Positions 59,696-64,000 of a DNA stretch of 64,000 nucleotides are shown piece after piece. Numbering within the stretch: position 1 is the first letter of the stretch; every line of letters begins with the position of its first letter. The DNA is from Williopsis jadinii (lineage: Eukaryota): positions 124,001 to 188,000 of the forward strand of contig AP024664.1 in the NCBI GenBank assembly GCA_024346625.1. Reading direction: 5' to 3'. The translations under genes were made by a program, and so were the position numbers. Below the pieces are notes generated by a model. It was not told where the DNA came from, ran no database searches, and worked only from the letters and a program-made list of their open reading frames with translations.

Positions 59696-62524
59696 CTAAG
59701 ATGCCAAATGGGCATTTTCAGTGGACACGGGGGTCTTTGGAGCATTGTGAATCAATGGTGACGCAATACGCCTCAAAGCCAGAGACTCTTTATAGCCCAT
59801 AGGGAGCTGTTCTGGACTTTGATTGTTGGGTCTAGCAGTTGAAGCCACAGCCATCGAATGGCGTTTTCTGCTGCTACCAAAGGATATCATCAACTCGTCA
59901 GCAGAGGAAGAGGAGGATATATCCGTCTCATCACCACCGGAGTCAGGCACATGGATCAGTTCACCAGCAATACTTTCAGGAATGGTCTCAGCCCGAGAGA
60001 TTCCAACGTCAGTAACATACGTACTGCTGTCCTCCCCGTCGTCTTCATCACTGGTGTTGGCAAAGATCACCTCCGGCTCAGAGTTCGACTCAGACTGGGA
60101 TGAATTCTCCATAAAGCTATACTTTGGCTTCGATTTGCCTGTTGTGGATCTCTGTGCGTTCGTCTGCTGACGAGGAGGCGTGACCATGTCTTGGATAAGA
60201 TGTGATGGTATTGATAGCTCTGAGATTTGATCATCGCCATAGTCACCGTCGCTTTCTGTTGTTTCGTCTGATTCAGTATCGGAATCAGAGCCATTGCCAA
60301 AGTCAAATACTGTATGCGGTGCCATGTTATCCTCTTCAAGACGCTTCTTAGTCTTGTTCAAGGTGAAATTCTGCATTTTTTGAGCAACATCCTTGTTACT
60401 TGGCCTTCTCTCCCCCGAGGTGCTCGTATAAGCGTACGAAGGTGCATAGTTATCCATGTACACCGAGTCCAAAGATGCAAATGATGCATTCACAGGCAAC
60501 GAAACAAGCTGAGTACCCACAGGCATGGACGTCTCTGTTGAAATGGTGTTAAAGCTCTCTGATGTCACATTTGAAGACATTGGTGGGACACCCAGTGAGC
60601 TGACGGATGATCTGCGTTTATCCACATCCATGATGTTGTTCAACGAGCGCAATGCGGAATCATTTCTCACAAACAAGTCGCCTTCAACAGTCGTTTCTGT
60701 CAATGTAGCAGAGTCCCCAGATTTGACACGACGATGTCCATTTGTTGACGGTGGACTTCCTTCCGTCAACAGAATTGATGACACCTTAGAATTCGATGCC
60801 TCACTCAGCACGTAAGGGCCCTGGAATCCAGAAGAATGTGTTTGTTGAGCTGGGATTTGAAGAGGGGGTCTTCTGAAACCAGCAAATTTCAAAGCCTTTG
60901 CAAAACCTCTCTTGAGCTTTGAGCCCAAGCCTGTCACAGCCACGTTCACTTCTTCATTGGAAACTTTGATCTTCTTTTCGCACGATTTCTGTCCCTCGAT
61001 GAAGATGGTAGCCTCTTCCAACGTCAAGTCTCTTAGAGTGAGAGGATGCTGTTTAATCTCTCTAATCGTCAGTCTGCTGGAGGGGTCCTTGTCTAAGATC
61101 TTTGGTAAGAAGTTTCTCACATTACCCTTATCCTGTGGTGTGAAGTGATCAGGGAACTGTTCCGGGATATCCAGTTCTTCATGACATATAACGTCAAAGA
61201 GCTCAAACTCGTTCTTTGCCCAGAAGGGCAATTTACCAAACAGGAAACAGTATAACGTCACTCCTAGTGCCCAGATATCAATCTTATAGTTGATCTTTGG
61301 GTGCTGCCTATCATCCATGGAGAATCCACAGAGCTCCGGGGCTAAGAAGGCAGGGGTACCTGCACTTTTAGCCAAATCGTAATCATCTTGTTCACCAGTC
61401 TTGAGAGATGAAGCAAATGACACACCAAAATCAGAGATCTTCACAGCACCATCCCCTGCAATGAGCAAATTTGCCGGTTTAATGTCACGGTGGACGATGC
61501 CTTGGTAATGCAAGTATTCCAAGCCTAGGACAACGTCTCTAAACACTTTCATGGACTCACTGATGGACATTAATGGCACACCAGGTGCCCTCTGCCATTT
61601 AACCTCACCTCTCTCCAAGTATTCGAGCACCAGGTATATCTTTCTGGAATTTTCATCATCCATCACCTCCTTCAACTGTACAACGTTTGGATGGTTGATC
61701 TTCTTCATTATGGCAATCTCTCTTCGAACCTTCTCCTCATGGGTATCGTGCTGTCTGAAGGCCCTCTTTGGCGACTTCCTGTCAATGATTTTGATCGCAA
61801 CCAACTCGCCGGTGAGTAGGTTCTTCGCGAGCTTGACCTTCCCGTGTTCGCCCTTCCCCAATTCCTTGACGATTTCATAAGAGTTCAACACTTTCTTCCT
61901 CGATACAGGGTCATAACCCAAGGAAACCTTTGTCGATTCCTTCACGGCAGGCGAGGAGTGGACATGGTATGGGTTCACCTGTGCCGGATGCATTTGTCTA
62001 GTCCCGAGATTTGGATTCGGCAACGACGACCTTGTAGGTCTAGTCGCGTGGCCATAGCTTTCGGATCTCGAGGGGAATGGGTTTAGCACCGAAGGTTGAC
62101 GGCCCGCAACCCTCGAATGGCCATGGACAAGCGGACATTTGAACAGCTGGGTCTCGTGCGATGGATGAATGATCTTATTCTGCTGCTGGCGCTCCACCAG
62201 TGAGGCCAGAGAATCTGTAGAGGAGTACGTTGAGCCCATGGTGGCCATAGGCGATATTGGCGGCGAGCTGCCATCCATGGTTTTGTGCAGGATTTCACTG
62301 ACCATGCTTAGTCTGTGATGCGGGTTTGAAGGTGCGGTGTGATCAATCTGGAGACTAAAGTAATCGCCCTGTTGGTCAGGTTGGCTTGGTCCGTTTGGTT
62401 GGCGTCGTGGTGTACAAGAGTCGTTATTTGTAGCCGGGGAACTAACCACTTCCGCAGGCGATAGCGCTCCCTTGAGATGCGTAAAGGAGATTCCCTGACC
62501 ATGGGACAGGTTCCTCGTCTCCAT
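59696..62524 (-). CDS. SAK1: Snf1-activating kinase (Sak1/Tos3 family)
   Basis: YDPVSRKKVLNSYEIVKELGKGEHGKVKLA, HRDIKPANLL, DFGVS, LAKSAGTPAFLAPE, SLPVNASFASLDS. Confidence 0.9.
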   Translation of the reverse strand: METRNLSHGQGISFTHLKGALSPAEVVSSPATNNDSCTPRRQPNGPSQPDQQGDYFSLQIDHTAPSNPHHRLSMVSEILHKTMDGSSPPISPMATMGSTYSSTDSLASLVERQQQNKIIHPSHETQLFKCPLVHGHSRVAGRQPSVLNPFPSRSESYGHATRPTRSSLPNPNLGTRQMHPAQVNPYHVHSSPAVKESTKVSLGYDPVSRKKVLNSYEIVKELGKGEHGKVKLAKNLLTGELVAIKIIDRKSPKRAFRQHDTHEEKVRREIAIMKKINHPNVVQLKEVMDDENSRKIYLVLEYLERGEVKWQRAPGVPLMSISESMKVFRDVVLGLEYLHYQGIVHRDIKPANLLIAGDGAVKISDFGVSFASSLKTGEQDDYDLAKSAGTPAFLAPELCGFSMDDRQHPKINYKIDIWALGVTLYCFLFGKLPFWAKNEFELFDVICHEELDIPEQFPDHFTPQDKGNVRNFLPKILDKDPSSRLTIREIKQHPLTLRDLTLEEATIFIEGQKSCEKKIKVSNEEVNVAVTGLGSKLKRGFAKALKFAGFRRPPLQIPAQQTHSSGFQGPYVLSEASNSKVSSILLTEGSPPSTNGHRRVKSGDSATLTETTVEGDLFVRNDSALRSLNNIMDVDKRRSSVSSLGVPPMSSNVTSESFNTISTETSMPVGTQLVSLPVNASFASLDSVYMDNYAPSYAYTSTSGERRPSNKDVAQKMQNFTLNKTKKRLEEDNMAPHTVFDFGNGSDSDTESDETTESDGDYGDDQISELSIPSHLIQDMVTPPRQQTNAQRSTTGKSKPKYSFMENSSQSESNSEPEVIFANTSDEDDGEDSSTYVTDVGISRAETIPESIAGELIHVPDSGGDETDISSSSSADELMISFGSSRKRHSMAVASTARPNNQSPEQLPMGYKESLALRRIASPLIHNAPKTPVSTENAHLAS

Positions 62525-64000
62525 TATCGCACTGTGATGTCAATGTCTATAGCGGTACTTTATTTCCCTTTTCTTTCGATTGTTTTGAGTTTTGTTTTCA
62601 CCGTGAGCAGCTTTGATGATTTTGTTGCTTTTGCTGTTGTCCTTTTTGATAGAAAAATTATTTGTTTGTGGCTGCTCGGTTTTGCGGGTTTGTGCAAATT
62701 TTACGCCAGTTTATTGCCGGCTTGTCATTTTTTGCACATGGTCATAACGAAAGAAGAAGAGGCCGCGAAATTTCCCATTTGAAAGTTTGGTTGGCTTGTG
62801 TTGGCCATGGGGTAAAAATCTCTGTGATTGTTGTAGTCACAGAGTGCTTAAACTGTTCACAGTTTAAACCGGACACCTTGGACATCCACTTAATGTTTCA
62901 CCCCAGCATGATCTTGGATGATTGGATGCATTGTTGGTCACGCTTGTAAACATGCATGATTGACTAGTCTGCTAATGATTTAACTCCTCGGTTGAACTGT
63001 GCGGTGAAGACCATGGAGAAAACAGACCAACAAACTGTTCTATCAAGGAAAACAAAACATGGTGGATAGAAGAATGGTTTCATAGATATAAAAACCAAGC
63101 CTGCTACTAGAGTCCAGTTATATCTGCAGCTCTCCGTAAGGCCACCATCTGCTATTCAACTTCCTCTGTTCTACAGGGCACAATATTAATAGTCATTGTT
63201 CGGACACTTGTACCTGGTCGTTCGTTATCTGCCACTAGGTCGCGCCCACACGATTTCCCACATGATTTTGTGGCTAGCCACGGTATATTTTGGGGTTTGG
63301 ATTTATAGCACCATCAACTAGTGGGTGTACTCCTCCAGGCACATGCAACATAATCAACCGTTCATTACCACATGTTAGCAATCAACACCACATTGTAATT
63401 TAACCAAGGCTTGGTGATCACATATTAATCGTGGAGCAGTTTACAATCTCGGCGCACAAGAATCACAAAATACAGATCACAGACGCTCCTATAATTCATT
63501 CATAATTGTTAAGTTGGCCTGGAGGTTATAATGTCTTGGAGATTATTTTAAAGTTGTGGCGTGCATGAACATGCAGTGTGCACCATCATGTGTACCTACT
63601 TATGAACTTTGCATATATCCACCATGCAGAGTTCAATCTGATATATGAACAAAGCACACATTGCTTCTGGCTTTGGGTCTGTGGCACAGTACATATATGA
63701 AATGGATTGATAAGTGTAAAGTGTTTTTTACCAAGAATTAATTTAACCATGATAAGAAGTTAGGTCCAATATAGAACCATGTGTGAGGCTAATAACCATG
63801 CCTCGTAAATACGCAGTGCGTGTGTGTTTACCGAACTTGCCTCGGTAACGATTGAACAACTTTGATAAAGATACACGAAATGGACATGCCAGGAAGACTG
63901 GACATGTCCCTCACGTTTTGTCCATTTAGTTATACTCATGATTATGCATTAGCACATGAGACAATCTTTCTGCGCTGCTTCGCTGTAGCCGCAGTTGATC

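Noticed and set aside
62525..64000. ORF-free 1.5 kb upstream of SAK1, examined for ncRNA or telomerase-RNA features
   Set aside because: No boxes, template or Sm site that I could support; treated as promoter/intergenic.

Overview
This is a gene-dense eukaryotic window from a budding yeast (Saccharomycotina). CTG encodes Leu at a conserved position (NOP58 FPELAKI), so the standard code applies. Genes that are WGD pairs in S. cerevisiae (ZRC1/COT1, GRX3/4, DNF1/2, RPH1/GIS1, RPL20A/B) each appear once here in ancestral-looking order, so the lineage is probably pre-WGD and non-CUG; a Cyberlindnera/Wickerhamomyces-like yeast is my inference. It holds 29 protein genes: RGS2 (partial), KTR, chitinase, ZRC1, SFG1, SPS4, RPL20 (intron splits the ATG), DGK1, NOP58, SKI3, two PTM1-like paralogs, MSH6, GRX3/4, RAD24, RPH1, TMT1, an unannotated AFF/Ebp1-like gene, SAP1, DNF1/2, UBC13 (2 introns), TED1, GVP36, TPA1, ISD11, APQ12, CAJ1, a degenerate KTR, SPC110 and SAK1. 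Most interesting: (1) an unannotated ~290-nt box H/ACA snoRNA between TED1 and GVP36 with its own PAC/RRPE promoter and predicted targets (18S U296, 5.8S U18, S. cerevisiae numbering) outside the S. cerevisiae pseudouridine set as I recall it; (2) a candidate AFF4/Ebp1-type super-elongation-complex scaffold; (3) clusters of a Rap1/telomere-like ACACCCGGACA motif in three divergent promoters that each serve a DNA-repair gene; (4) a GT15 pseudo-mannosyltransferase; (5) a KDM4-architecture Rph1 without C2H2 fingers; (6) a hybrid Tbf1/Cbf1/Rap1 ribosomal-protein promoter. I found no mobile element, tRNA, rRNA or CRISPR array. All homology calls come from recalled motifs, not database searches.
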